Source: Candidatus Binatia bacterium (GTDB lineage Bacteria; Desulfobacterota; Binatia; UTPRO1). Taken from it: a stretch of 59,612 nt of DNA. The first letter of the stretch is position 1. Every line of letters begins with the position of its first letter. A program made the position numbers and the translations under genes. Under the pieces are notes generated by a model. That model was not told the DNA's origin, made no database searches, and worked only from the letters and a program-made list of their open reading frames with translations. Below, piece after piece: positions 1 to 9,202 of this stretch. Where the stretch lies: positions 1-59,612 of the forward strand of contig JBGOSW010000002.1 in assembly GCA_041476145.1 (NCBI GenBank). The letters run 5' to 3'.

Positions 1-1
1 G

Positions 2-667
2 CCTGCACCCAACCCCGACTCGGTGCACTTCCCGCCGCTCCAACGCTACGACGTGCCGATCTACCCGTACAGCGTCCTCACCGAACCGCTCACTCCCGCG
101 CGTGGGGAGACGCTCGGTTGGGCGGGCCGCGAAGGCATCGAGGATCGTCGCACCTACCTCCACTACTACCGGCCGACCCACGACGGTCGCATGCTCTTCG
201 GCGGGGAGGATGCGCCGTACTTCTACAACTCGAGCATCGGCTCACACCACGATCGCAGCCCGGACGTCTTCGCACGCTTGAAGGACGACCTGCGCCGAAC
301 CTTCCCGCCGCTCGCCGATGTCCGCTTCACGCACGAGTGGGGAGGCCCCGTCGGCCTCACGGTGCGTTTCGTGCCGACCTTCGGTACGCTCGAAGGCGGG
401 CGCATCCACTACGGGTTCGGCTACTGCGGTCATGGCGTCGGCCCGACGCACCTCGGCGGACAGATCCTCGCCGATCTCGTGCTCGGGCGCCGCACCGAGC
501 GCACCGATCTCTGCTTCGTGCGTACCACCGCCCTTCCCTTCCCGCCCGAGCCGCTCCGCTATCTCGGTATCACCGCGGCGCGCCTCGCGCTGCTCCGTCA
601 GGACCGCGAGCAACGCCCCAAGGACGACCCCTGGATCGTCCGCATGATGATGCGCTTCGGCGGTTGA
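2..667 (+). CDS. FAD-dependent oxidoreductase (DAO-type), C-terminal part; 5' end lies outside the window
   Basis: The frame is open from nt 2 with no upstream stop. The C-terminal signature of DAO-family flavoproteins is recognisable (HEWGGPVGLT, YGFGYCGHGVG). Stop at 665-667. Confidence 0.65.
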   Translation, partial: PAPNPDSVHFPPLQRYDVPIYPYSVLTEPLTPARGETLGWAGREGIEDRRTYLHYYRPTHDGRMLFGGEDAPYFYNSSIGSHHDRSPDVFARLKDDLRRTFPPLADVRFTHEWGGPVGLTVRFVPTFGTLEGGRIHYGFGYCGHGVGPTHLGGQILADLVLGRRTERTDLCFVRTTALPFPPEPLRYLGITAARLALLRQDREQRPKDDPWIVRMMMRFGG

Positions 668-728
668 GGCGCATGATCGTCGGCGCTCGCGCCGGCGTCC
701 GCTGATCCGCTAAGCTCCGCCGAAATCC

Positions 729-1364
729 ATGGAAACGCTCCTTCCCTATCTCGAGCACTCGACGTACGCCGCGGCGTTCGTCCTGCTGCTCGCCGCCGGC
801 GTCGGCGTGCCGATTCCCGAGGACATTCCGATCCTGCTCTCGGGCTATCTCAGCCACCGCGGCGTGATGCGCTTCGAGATCGCGTTGCCGGTCTGTTTCG
901 CCGGCGTCATCCTCGGCGACGCCTGCCTCTTCATGCTGGCGCGGCACGGCTCGCAGTCCCTCCGCCGGCATCCGCGCCTCGCGGGCCTCGTCACCCCCGA
1001 GCGCCGCGCGCGCGCCCGCGCCCTCGTCCACAGCCGCGGTGTCGGCGCCGTCGTCATCGCGCGCCACGTCGCCGGCCTCCGGGTCGCGGTGTTCGCCACC
1101 GCCGGTGCCGCGGGCATGAAGTTTCGGCGGTTCATCCTCTGGGACGCGCTCTCGGCATGCGCGAGTGTGCCGGTGATGTTCACGCTCGGGTTTCTCTTCG
1201 CGGATCGTCTCGAGCTGTTGGTGCGGCAGATCCATAGCTTCCAGCGCTGGGCGTTCGCGATCGCGCTGCTGGTGGCGATCGTGGTGCTCGTGCACTGGCA
1301 GTGGAGCGATCACTTGCCGGCCTGGTGGCCGTGGTCGACCGATCGCGACGCGGCGAGCGAGTGA
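729..1364 (+). CDS. DedA family (SNARE-associated) inner-membrane protein
   Basis: 211 aa with multiple hydrophobic helices. DedA motif region GVPIPEDIPILLSGYL...GDACLFMLARHG is present. Confidence 0.8.
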   Translation: METLLPYLEHSTYAAAFVLLLAAGVGVPIPEDIPILLSGYLSHRGVMRFEIALPVCFAGVILGDACLFMLARHGSQSLRRHPRLAGLVTPERRARARALVHSRGVGAVVIARHVAGLRVAVFATAGAAGMKFRRFILWDALSACASVPVMFTLGFLFADRLELLVRQIHSFQRWAFAIALLVAIVVLVHWQWSDHLPAWWPWSTDRDAASE

Positions 1365-2410
1365 CTCGCGGCGCACGTGCCGCAGGCGCGGGCGATTCGG
1401 GCGACGATCGTCGCGAGTTCGGGGGCGTAGAGCGGAAGCTCGACGCGGGCGCGGGGGAGCCAGCGTGCGGCGACCGACCAATGGCGGGCCAGCTCGCGCA
1501 CGTCGGCGGCGGGGACGACGGGATCGAAGCGCAGGCCGATGATCGCACAGCGCTCGCGGGCGCGAGGTGGCGGCAGGTGGACGGGCGCCACCGGATCGAA
1601 GAGCCGGAAGAGCGTCCCACGATGTCGGACGCCGTCACGCGCGAGCGCGCGGGCGTGCACCGCACCGGCGCACGCCCGCGGCGGGACCCAGACTCGGCCG
1701 GGATGCGCGCCGGCGAGCATCGGCACGTACGCGTCGAAGCGTGTCGTCGTCGCCGCCAGAATCGCGGCGACCGTACCCCCACGCCCGAGACCGCTCACCA
1801 CCACCGTGCGATAGCCGCGCTCGCGCGCCCATGCCTCGATCGCGACGTTGTCGTGCACCAGCTGTACGATGGCGGAAAGCGCGGCGCCGACGCTATGCGC
1901 CCAGCCGCGACGGCGATCCTCCGGCGTGCGTCGGCTGGCGCTGCCCGGCGCGATCGGCACCGCGACGTCGACGCCGCCCGCGAGCAGCGGGCGGACGAAC
2001 GCGCGCGCGAAGAGGACGTGCGCGAGCAGCCCGTCGTCGGGATTCAGGACGACGAGTGGGCGCTGTCCGACGCCGTCGCGGTAGTGACGGACGACGGCGT
2101 CGTTGCGGGCGCGCCAACGACTGACGAACGGCGAGCGGAAAGAATACTCGTCGGCCCATCGCGCACCGCGCGGGTGGGCGGCGCGACGAAACGGCGGCGG
2201 CGGCGCGAAGCGGAAAAGCGTCCGGCGTCGTGCGGCGCCGTGGATGGCGCGGCAGACGGCGCGCTCGACGCCGCCGGCGAAATACCCGCCGCCGAAACGC
2301 GCCGCGTACGGCAGCAGCCATTCCGTCGCGCGCGCCAGCCGTGATCGCCGCGCGGCGACGCGCGGCTCCTCGACGACCGCGCATTTGCCGTGCTCCAGGC
2401 TGAGGTCCAT
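1310..2410 (-). CDS. alpha/beta-hydrolase fold protein
   Basis: Long GC3-rich ORF with a nucleophile-elbow-like segment VVVSGLGRGGTVAA. Start chosen at the internal ATG (MDLSLEHGK, 2408-2410) preceded by GAGGGGA. The 3' end overlaps the DedA gene convergently by 55 nt. Confidence 0.55.
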   Translation of the reverse strand: MDLSLEHGKCAVVEEPRVAARRSRLARATEWLLPYAARFGGGYFAGGVERAVCRAIHGAARRRTLFRFAPPPPFRRAAHPRGARWADEYSFRSPFVSRWRARNDAVVRHYRDGVGQRPLVVLNPDDGLLAHVLFARAFVRPLLAGGVDVAVPIAPGSASRRTPEDRRRGWAHSVGAALSAIVQLVHDNVAIEAWARERGYRTVVVSGLGRGGTVAAILAATTTRFDAYVPMLAGAHPGRVWVPPRACAGAVHARALARDGVRHRGTLFRLFDPVAPVHLPPPRARERCAIIGLRFDPVVPAADVRELARHWSVAARWLPRARVELPLYAPELATIVARIARACGTCAASHSLAASRSVDHGHQAGK

Positions 2411-2748
2411 GCCGAGTCCCCTCGCGCGGCCCCATCGCCCGTCGCCGCGTTCGAGGACTGAGCAAGGCACGCGCCCGCGTGCGTCGCGCGAAAGTCTCGG
2501 ATATCGCGCACTTCACCGCCATTTCGGGGGACGTCGGGCTGTCGGGTCATGACAGGCACGCACACGCGCACGCCGTGTCCGGCGTGAAAGCGCACTCCCG
2601 GGCTCCCGTCACATTTGCCCCCGAATTCACCCGCAAAATTCCTTGACATGAACGACACGCGCGCTGATAGGCTTAGGGCAGTCTACGGAGCGGCCCACGT
2701 CGAGGGCTGCCCCAAGTCGGGTGCCCTGAGCCCGCAGGAGGAAGCCAA

Positions 2749-3657
2749 ATGCAAGTTCGTGTGCCGATCTATTCGTTTTCGCTCGCCGCCGTCGCCACTC
2801 TCGCCTTGATGAGTGCGGCGGCCCCGTCCTGGGCTAACGATTCGTGCCGGGACGAGGCGAAGCAAAATGCCAAGGAATGCCAGGCCGGCTGCAAAGAGGA
2901 TTTCCAGGCAGCGAAGGACGCCTGCTTCAACCGCGATCATGATTGCGTCGAGGCCTGTCGCTCCAACCGCTACGATTGTCGACAGGCGACCGGATTCGAC
3001 GGCGCCATCGCCGCCTGCAATGCCACCGTGGCCGCCGGGAAGGCACAGTGCCGGACCGATCACCCGGCCGGCTCGCCGGAGCGCGACGCGTGCATCGATC
3101 AAGTCCAGGTCATCGGCTTCCAGTGTCGCGACAGCGCGCGCGAACAGGCGAAGCCCGCACTCAAGCAATGCCGCAGGGATTTCCTCGTGTGCGCCGTCGC
3201 TTGTGCACCGGCAAGTCCGACCCTGCCCACTGGTCGGAAGCAGTGCAGGATAGACGCGAAGACCACGTTCGTGGCCTGCAAGATGGGTTGCGTCGAGGAT
3301 TTCCAGATCGCCAAGGATGCATGCCGCCATCGTGACCACGCCTGCGTCGAGCAGGCCCGCGCCGACCGCGAGGTCTGCCGTGCCCCGGTGGAAACCCAGC
3401 TCGAGAGCGACATCGCGGCATGCAATGCCACCCGCGGCGGCCACAACCCCGATAGTGGCGCAATCGGTAACTGCTGGGCCCTGTATGGCCCCAGCGGTTC
3501 GACTCCCGATGCGGTGCTGCTCGATCAATGCGTCGACAACGCGCAGGTCGCCGCGTTCGAGTGCCGCGATCAGGCGCGCGAGGACGCCCATCCAGGATTC
3601 GAGGCCTGCCGGCAAGCCTTCAAGACGCAAGTGCAGGCATGTCCTCCGGCGCCGTGA
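2749..3657 (+). CDS. secreted cysteine-rich protein with two tandem ~130-aa modules
   Basis: Signal peptide (SLAAVATLALMSAAAPSWA). About 26 Cys. Internal duplication is visible (GCKEDFQAAKDACFNRDHDCVE / GCVEDFQIAKDACRHRDHACVE; IAACNAT twice; FQCRDSAREQA / FECRDQAREDA). Confidence 0.7.
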   Translation: MQVRVPIYSFSLAAVATLALMSAAAPSWANDSCRDEAKQNAKECQAGCKEDFQAAKDACFNRDHDCVEACRSNRYDCRQATGFDGAIAACNATVAAGKAQCRTDHPAGSPERDACIDQVQVIGFQCRDSAREQAKPALKQCRRDFLVCAVACAPASPTLPTGRKQCRIDAKTTFVACKMGCVEDFQIAKDACRHRDHACVEQARADREVCRAPVETQLESDIAACNATRGGHNPDSGAIGNCWALYGPSGSTPDAVLLDQCVDNAQVAAFECRDQAREDAHPGFEACRQAFKTQVQACPPAP

Positions 3658-3694
3658 GCATCACGCGCTGACGCGCGCTCCCGGTTGCGACGAC

Positions 3695-3732
3695 GGGGCT
3701 CCCAGGTATACCTGGGAGCCCCGTTTTCGTTT
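3695..3732 (+). terminator. rho-independent terminator
   Basis: Perfect 12-bp stem GGGGCTCCCAGG / CCTGGGAGCCCC with a TATA loop, followed by GTTTTCGTTT. It lies 38 nt after the stop of the Cys-rich gene. Confidence 0.75.
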
Positions 3733-3765
3733 GCGACGTTCGCGTCGTCGCCGAGAGGACATGCC

Positions 3766-4071
3766 ATGCTGGTCGACGTCATCCGAGCACAGCATGAGCG
3801 CGTGCGCAGCGCGCTCGCGGCCCTCGCCTCGCTCACGACACCCACCGCCGAGCGCGTGGCGCGTGCGGTCGCCGAGGTCGAGCGCGCCTTCGGGGACGAC
3901 GTGCCCCTCTGGGCGACGACGCCCATCGCCACCATTCGGACCTTGACCAGCCGCGAAGCCGGAGCGATCGATCGGCAGTTGGCTCGCCTCTCTCCCACCG
4001 AGCTCGCGGCGCTGGTCGGCGCCTTCCTCGATCTCTACAGCATCGCCTGTCGCGAATACTGGACCGCGTGA
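3766..4071 (+). CDS. hypothetical protein (alpha-helical, 101 aa)
   Basis: ATG at 3766 preceded by GAGAGG. GC3-rich frame. No recognisable motif. Confidence 0.4.
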   Translation: MLVDVIRAQHERVRSALAALASLTTPTAERVARAVAEVERAFGDDVPLWATTPIATIRTLTSREAGAIDRQLARLSPTELAALVGAFLDLYSIACREYWTA

Positions 4072-4316
4072 GCGCGCCGCCGAGACGATCGCGCTTCGTG
4101 CGGCGGGGACCGCCGCAGACGCCTCGCCACGTGCAGTAGCGAACCGCCGTCGGCGTACGAACGCCGTCTCTTTGCACTGCTCTTGCACTCTCGCGGTATT
4201 GTGCGGCGTGTAAACGTTGAAAATCTGGAGGAGAATTCGCGCAAAGTTTTTGCATTCGAGAGCCGCGTAGCGTATGCAACCGTATCGCCGCTACGATCGC
4301 GACAGGAGCCCCCGAC

Positions 4317-5648
4317 ATGACCCAGATCCACCGTCGCCTCGCCGTGATGGGAACGCTGCTCTTCCTCTTCACCGCCTCTCCGGTCTGCGCCTGGCACATC
4401 GAGGGCCACGTGTTTTGCGATCAGAACGGCAACCAGATGATCGATACCGCCAGTGACACTCCGCTGAACGGCGTCGGCATCCTGATCACTTCGCTCATTT
4501 TCGCTCCTGGAAGCACCTTCCCTGGGACCACCGACGCGACCGGGCACTTCTTCGTCGCACTTCCCGATCGTGCGGACGACTACCGTGTCGAGTTGACGGG
4601 AACCGGTCTGCCCGCGGGCGCGACCACGATCATTCCCTCGAGCGGCGCCTACGGCGTCGCGCCGATCGCGGCGATCCATCTCCAGGAGAGCGCGTTTGGC
4701 GGCACCGCTGACTTCCTCGTCAACGGATGTGTCGTCGCGACGCCGACCGTCTCGGCGACGCCGACGCCGACCGCAACCGAGACGCCGGTTCCGACCGATA
4801 CACCGGTTCCGACCGACACACCGACGCCGACCGACACACCGACGCCGACAGCCACGGCGACGCCCACAGCGACACTCACGGCGACACCCACACCGACACT
4901 CACGGCGACGCCCACGCCGACGCCTACGGAGACACCCACCCCCGGGACGCCGACCGCGAGCCCGACCCCTGCGTCCGCACTCCTCGACTTTCAATGCTAC
5001 GAGGTCGATCGATCGGACGCCAAACCGATCACCGGGGTCAGCGTCGTAGATCGATTCGGCTCGAGCGTGATCGACCTCGCCTTCCGGAAACCGGTGAAGC
5101 GCCTGTGCAATCCGGCAACCGTGGACGCCGCGAGTCCGGACGTACCCACCCTACCGGACCACCTGGTCGGCTACGTCATCACCCAGCGGACGCCGCACTT
5201 CGACACGCCATTCAATCAGACCGTCGTCAACCAGTTCGGAACGGTCGTCGTCCGAGTCCTGCGGCCGGTCCTTCTGCTCGTCCCGAGCGCGAAGAGTCTC
5301 GTCGCGCCGCCGGCACCGCTCGCCGATCCCGTGATCGACCACTTCCAATGCTACAAGGTCAGAGGGGGGCGTCCGCCGTTTTCAACCACGCACATCGTGG
5401 ATCAGTTCGGCGCGTTCACGTACAAGCTGATGCGGATATCGTACCTGTGCACCGCCGTCGACAAGAACGGTGAAGGCGTTCTCGAGCCGCAAGCCAACCT
5501 GCTCTGCTACAATCTGCGTACCGCGGGCGACCCCATTTCCCGCGGACTGAAGGGCCCCGTCTACACCGCGAACCAGTTCGGCTCGACCAAGATGACCAGA
5601 GTGCAACGCGCGCGGGAGCTGTGCGTCCCGTCGAGCGTGAGCCCGTAG
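4317..5648 (+). CDS. secreted protein: N-terminal Ig-like (SdrD-B/CarboxypepD_reg-like) domain, Pro/Thr linker, four repeats of a QCY...DQFG...LC.P module
   Basis: Signal peptide ([12 protein letters not shown]). The HxxCDQNGN...GHFFV segment is typical of SdrD-B-like folds. An 80-aa TPTPT linker follows. The C-terminal module is repeated. Confidence 0.8.
   Translation: MTQIHRRLAVMGTLLFLFTASPVCAWHIEGHVFCDQNGNQMIDTASDTPLNGVGILITSLIFAPGSTFPGTTDATGHFFVALPDRADDYRVELTGTGLPAGATTIIPSSGAYGVAPIAAIHLQESAFGGTADFLVNGCVVATPTVSATPTPTATETPVPTDTPVPTDTPTPTDTPTPTATATPTATLTATPTPTLTATPTPTPTETPTPGTPTASPTPASALLDFQCYEVDRSDAKPITGVSVVDRFGSSVIDLAFRKPVKRLCNPATVDAASPDVPTLPDHLVGYVITQRTPHFDTPFNQTVVNQFGTVVVRVLRPVLLLVPSAKSLVAPPAPLADPVIDHFQCYKVRGGRPPFSTTHIVDQFGAFTYKLMRISYLCTAVDKNGEGVLEPQANLLCYNLRTAGDPISRGLKGPVYTANQFGSTKMTRVQRARELCVPSSVSP
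4737..4976 (+). repeat. coding low-complexity Pro/Thr (ACSCCGACS) repeat
   Basis: Residues 141-220 of the 4317-5648 product are almost entirely T/P/A/D. The DNA shows reiterated acgccgaccga units. Confidence 0.85.
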
Positions 5649-5692
5649 TCGTCGTCTCGATCGCCTAACCGCGCTCGATTCGCCTCACGGGA

Positions 5693-8026
5693 TCACGGCT
5701 GCTGCCCGTCGCGTCCGTGGCGACCCTCCACGGGCACGTGCTTGCCGGCGCCGGGACCCTGCGGCGGTGCTTCCGGCACCGCGGGACGCGCCGGTCCCGA
5801 ATGCGGCGGCTCGCGAGGAGCGGCGTGCTCGACCGTACGCTCCCGTGGATGCGGCGCGGGCGCGCCGCGATCCATGCGCTCGCCACCGCCATGCTCGCTA
5901 CGCGGCGGTTCCACCTCGCGTGGGGGCGGAGGCGCGGCCTCGTGGCGACGTTCGATGCTCGCGCCACCGCGCTCGTTGACGGGCGCGCGTTCATGAATCG
6001 ATGAAGGTGGTGGCGCCGGCGCCGGCGCATGTCGGCCGCGCTCGACGTTCGCCCCGCCGCGTTCGTTCACCGGCGCCTGCTCGCGCGCGGGCGGCGGCGC
6101 CGCATGCGGTCCATGTTCGACGCTCGGACCGCCACGCTCGAGTCTCGGCTCGCGCCCCTCCGGCGGTGGCGGCGCCGCGTGCCGGCCGCGCTCGACGTTC
6201 GCCCCGCCGCGTTCGTTCACCGGCGCCTGCTCGCGCGCGGGCGGCGGCGCCGCATGCGGTCCGTGTTCGACGCTCGGACCGCCACGCTCGAGTCTCGGCT
6301 CGCGCCCCTCCGGCGGTGGCGGCGCCGCGTGCCGGCCGCGCTCGACGTTCACTCCGCCGCGTTCGTTCACGTGTCCGCGTTCGCCAGCGGGGGGCGGCGG
6401 TGCTCCGTGTCCTCCACGCTCGATGTTCGAGCCTCCGCGCTCACCCGTCGCACCGCGTTCGTGTCCCGGCGGTGGCGGTGCGGTCATGTGATCGGCGCCG
6501 CGCGGCCGTTCGCTCGGTCCGTGCTCTCGACCGCGGGACGGTTGCACCACGCGCGGCTCGACGGGCCGCGCGGGGCCCCGCGTCTCGATGCCTGCCGCGT
6601 GCAAGCGACGCGACGGATCCTGCGGCGGTCGTGTCGCGACGACGCGACGGTTCCGAATGCGATCGGGCGGCGCTTGCGCGCGACCAGCCCGCGGTACGAG
6701 GCTCGCCGCCACCGGACGCACTCCGATCTGCCCACGCACCGGTTGCAACTGACGGCCCTCCGCGGCCGCGATGTGGATGTGCTCGACGCGTCCACGTCCG
6801 AATTGATCGCGATGCACGCCGATGATGGCGTTACGTCCCTCAACGTTCGAGAATCGATTGATGTTCCTCACGTTGACGATCGTCGTCTGGTTGATGACGA
6901 CGTTGTTGACGACGCGCGGGCCGCCCCACCCACCCCAGTACGGATGGCCGACGAAGCCGACGGGTCCCCACCACGGCACGATGGGCTCACCCCAGCCGAG
7001 CGCCACCCAGCTCACGACCGGCGCCCCGACGCCGATGCCTACCGAGACGCCGCCGCCACCGAAGAACGCGACCAGCGCCGGCGAGTACCCGGGAACGGCG
7101 ACCACGGGTCCCGGTGCCCACCCCCAGTAGCCGTCCGCCCAACACCAGCGGCCGTAGTGGTACGGCGCCCAGCCCCAGGGCGCGTCGTCCACCCACGTCC
7201 ATTCGTAGTACGGATCGTACACCCACCGGCCGGTGCTGTACGGCGCCCAATCGGCGGACACGTCGCGCGGCACCCAGACGTGTCCGTAGCGCGGCGTGTC
7301 CCGCCACTCGCCGTAGCTATCGAGGTCGTCGACGCCCGCTACCGGGGCCGGAACGTATTCGGCACTGCGCGACCGCTCGGCGAGGTGCGCGGTGCGGTCG
7401 AAGTTCCACCGGTCCCAGTCGTCGAGGTCGGGAGCGGCGCTGCTCGTGACCGTCGTCGTCTCCGTGCCCTCGAGGACGACCTGCCGATCGGGGTCGATGT
7501 CCGACGTCTCGCCGCCGGCGGGGACCACGGTCGCGGCGCCACCGCGACGCGTGGTGAAGGTCGTGCTGTCGTCGACGTCGACGCGGTAGTAGCCGGCGCG
7601 CTCGATCGTGAAGGCGCCGTTCGGCGTATCGACCTCGATCACCTGTCCGTCGGGAATCTGTTTGAGATCGATCGCGGCGTGGCCGGACGTCACCTCGAGC
7701 TGAAGGTAGCCGGTCTCGAGCGAATCGACGCCGAGCTGTGTGCCCGACCCGGCACGGACGTAGGAGCGAGAGCCGATCTGGAGTTCGACGTTGCCGCCGT
7801 CGCCGACGTACAACGAGTCGCCGGCGGCGAGCGCGGTATTGATCTGGGCGGGTGTCCAGTCGTCCGCTCCCGGACGCCAGAACGAGACCTCACCACCGAC
7901 GAACGCGAGACGCGGCGGGGTCGGCCCGATCGCGCGGTCGCTTTGCGCGCCTGCCACGGGAGCTCGCACGCCGCCGCTCACCAGGAGCGCCGCCAGCGCA
8001 AGAACCGTCACTCGTACACGTCGCAT
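5693..8026 (-). CDS. secreted FecR-like / YXWGXW-repeat protein with a Glu/Arg/Gly/Pro-rich repetitive C-terminus
   Basis: Start is the ATG at 8024-8026 behind GGAGGAG (MRRVRVTVLALAALLV signal). A Trp/Tyr/Gly-rich core is present (WGWAPYHYGRWCWADGYWGWAPGP). The C-terminal 300 aa are made of ERGG.NVERG.HAAPPPP units. Confidence 0.8.
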   Translation of the reverse strand: MRRVRVTVLALAALLVSGGVRAPVAGAQSDRAIGPTPPRLAFVGGEVSFWRPGADDWTPAQINTALAAGDSLYVGDGGNVELQIGSRSYVRAGSGTQLGVDSLETGYLQLEVTSGHAAIDLKQIPDGQVIEVDTPNGAFTIERAGYYRVDVDDSTTFTTRRGGAATVVPAGGETSDIDPDRQVVLEGTETTTVTSSAAPDLDDWDRWNFDRTAHLAERSRSAEYVPAPVAGVDDLDSYGEWRDTPRYGHVWVPRDVSADWAPYSTGRWVYDPYYEWTWVDDAPWGWAPYHYGRWCWADGYWGWAPGPVVAVPGYSPALVAFFGGGGVSVGIGVGAPVVSWVALGWGEPIVPWWGPVGFVGHPYWGGWGGPRVVNNVVINQTTIVNVRNINRFSNVEGRNAIIGVHRDQFGRGRVEHIHIAAAEGRQLQPVRGQIGVRPVAASLVPRAGRAQAPPDRIRNRRVVATRPPQDPSRRLHAAGIETRGPARPVEPRVVQPSRGREHGPSERPRGADHMTAPPPPGHERGATGERGGSNIERGGHGAPPPPAGERGHVNERGGVNVERGRHAAPPPPEGREPRLERGGPSVEHGPHAAPPPAREQAPVNERGGANVERGRHAAPPPPEGREPRLERGGPSVEHGPHAAPPPAREQAPVNERGGANVERGRHAPAPAPPPSSIHERAPVNERGGASIERRHEAAPPPPREVEPPRSEHGGGERMDRGAPAPHPRERTVEHAAPREPPHSGPARPAVPEAPPQGPGAGKHVPVEGRHGRDGQQP
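6031..6370. repeat. 150-bp tandem repeat (about 2.3 copies) inside the 5693-8026 CDS
   Basis: 6031-6180 and 6181-6330 differ at only 2 positions (6032, 6113). A third partial copy runs from 6331 to about 6370. The period of 150 nt equals 50 codons. Confidence 0.9.
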
Positions 8027-8219
8027 CTTCGCACTCCTCCGTTTCGGTTCAAACAGTCGCGCACCCGCGAGTTGCGATCGCACCCCGCGTCGCTACGCCT
8101 ACGCGGCCGGTCCGCATGGTGGCGAAGATCCCGGACAACGGCAACACCGGCGACACCCTGGACCGCAACCTTCTACAGTCTCAGGAGTTGAGATCGGGCG
8201 TCCCAGGAGGTGTAGTGAC

Positions 8220-8549
8220 ATGATGAAGCGTATGATCGCAGTCGCCGGGCTGGCAGTCCTGATTCTCGCCGGTGGAGTCCGTGCCGCCGACGCCCACGTG
8301 GGGCTGTCGATCGGCATCGGCATCCCGGGCATCGTCTTCGGCGCGCCGGTCTACGCCGCCCCGGCGTACTACCCGTCCTACCCTTACGGCCATGGCTACG
8401 GATGCAACGGGGGGCCGGCCTACTACTACGGACCGCCGGTCGTGGGCGGCGTGTACGTCGGCGGGCGATTCGGCCACGGCGGCGGGTTCCCTCGCCGGCA
8501 CTTCGGCGGTGGCCGCCATTGGGGCGACGGCCGTCGCGGCTGGCGCTGA
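8220..8549 (+). CDS. small secreted Gly/Tyr/Pro-rich protein
   Basis: ATG at 8220 behind CAGGAGG. Signal peptide MMKRMIAVAGLAVLILAGGVRAADA. The mature part is G/Y/P-rich with a basic tail. Confidence 0.6.
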   Translation: MMKRMIAVAGLAVLILAGGVRAADAHVGLSIGIGIPGIVFGAPVYAAPAYYPSYPYGHGYGCNGGPAYYYGPPVVGGVYVGGRFGHGGGFPRRHFGGGRHWGDGRRGWR

Positions 8550-8715
8550 TCGGCGGCAGCTGAACGTCATCGGCCGGCGACCGGGTCGATCCCTCGACTC
8601 GATCGTCGGTCCTCGCTAGTCTCCGCGATCTTCGCCCGACATTCGTATCCGCCCGGGGGGCAATACTTCTGATACGAAATCGACTAGGATGCCGTCGGAT
8701 GCATCCGGGAGGATC

Positions 8716-9135
8716 ATGACACTCAAGGTTGGCAAGAACATCGACGGCTGGTGCACGCGCTGCAAGCTCGTGCTGGGGCATACCATCGAGGCCATGGCGG
8801 GCGGGAAGATCACGCGCGTCCATTGCAATACCTGCGGCGGGCAACACGCCCATCGCGCCGAGCCCCCGCGCAGTCGCGTCGCGGCCGAGCGCGCCCCGGG
8901 CGTCGGCGGCCGAGCGAGCAAGGAACAGGTGAAGCGGGAGAGCGAGTACGACGCGCTGCTACGCGGCCGCACGAAGGCCGCCTCGCGCCCCTACTCGACC
9001 TCGGCGCGGTTTGCGGTGGGGGAGCTCATCTCCCACGCCACCTTCGGACTCGGTGTAGTCACCGGCGAACGCGACAGCATCAAGATCGACATCCTCTTCG
9101 CCAACGGACCGAAGGTCCTGTTGCAAGGGCGCTGA
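8716..9135 (+). CDS. zinc-ribbon protein with C-terminal small beta-barrel-like (DUF3553-like) domain
   Basis: ATG at 8716 behind GGGAGGA. CxxC...CxxC motif (CTRCKLVLGH...HCNTCGG). C-terminal motif FAVGELISHATFGLGVV. Confidence 0.6.
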   Translation: MTLKVGKNIDGWCTRCKLVLGHTIEAMAGGKITRVHCNTCGGQHAHRAEPPRSRVAAERAPGVGGRASKEQVKRESEYDALLRGRTKAASRPYSTSARFAVGELISHATFGLGVVTGERDSIKIDILFANGPKVLLQGR

Positions 9136-9202
9136 TTTCGCGCTCCGACCCGCGTTTCACGGCGCTGCTGCGGAAGGTGGGGTTGGACGAGTGAATTGGC
9201 TC

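Noticed and set aside
1310-1364. 55-nt convergent overlap of the DedA and hydrolase genes as a sign of a mis-call or antisense regulation
   Set aside because: Both ORFs are fixed by their stop codons and both carry family-like features. Such overlaps occur by chance in GC-rich genomes where stops are rare. No further evidence supports a regulatory role.
4737-4976. Short periodic DNA repeats that could be mistaken for a CRISPR or VNTR locus
   Set aside because: The units are irregular 9-12-nt ACSCCGACS variants encoding a Thr/Pro linker inside a CDS. There is no repeat-spacer architecture, and no CRISPR array is present anywhere in the window.
6029-8191. 720-aa ORF on the plus strand
   Set aside because: It is entirely antisense to the FecR-like/YXWGXW gene. 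Its composition is Arg/Ala/Pro-dominated and it has no motifs, signal peptide or RBS. This is a typical shadow ORF of a GC-rich gene.
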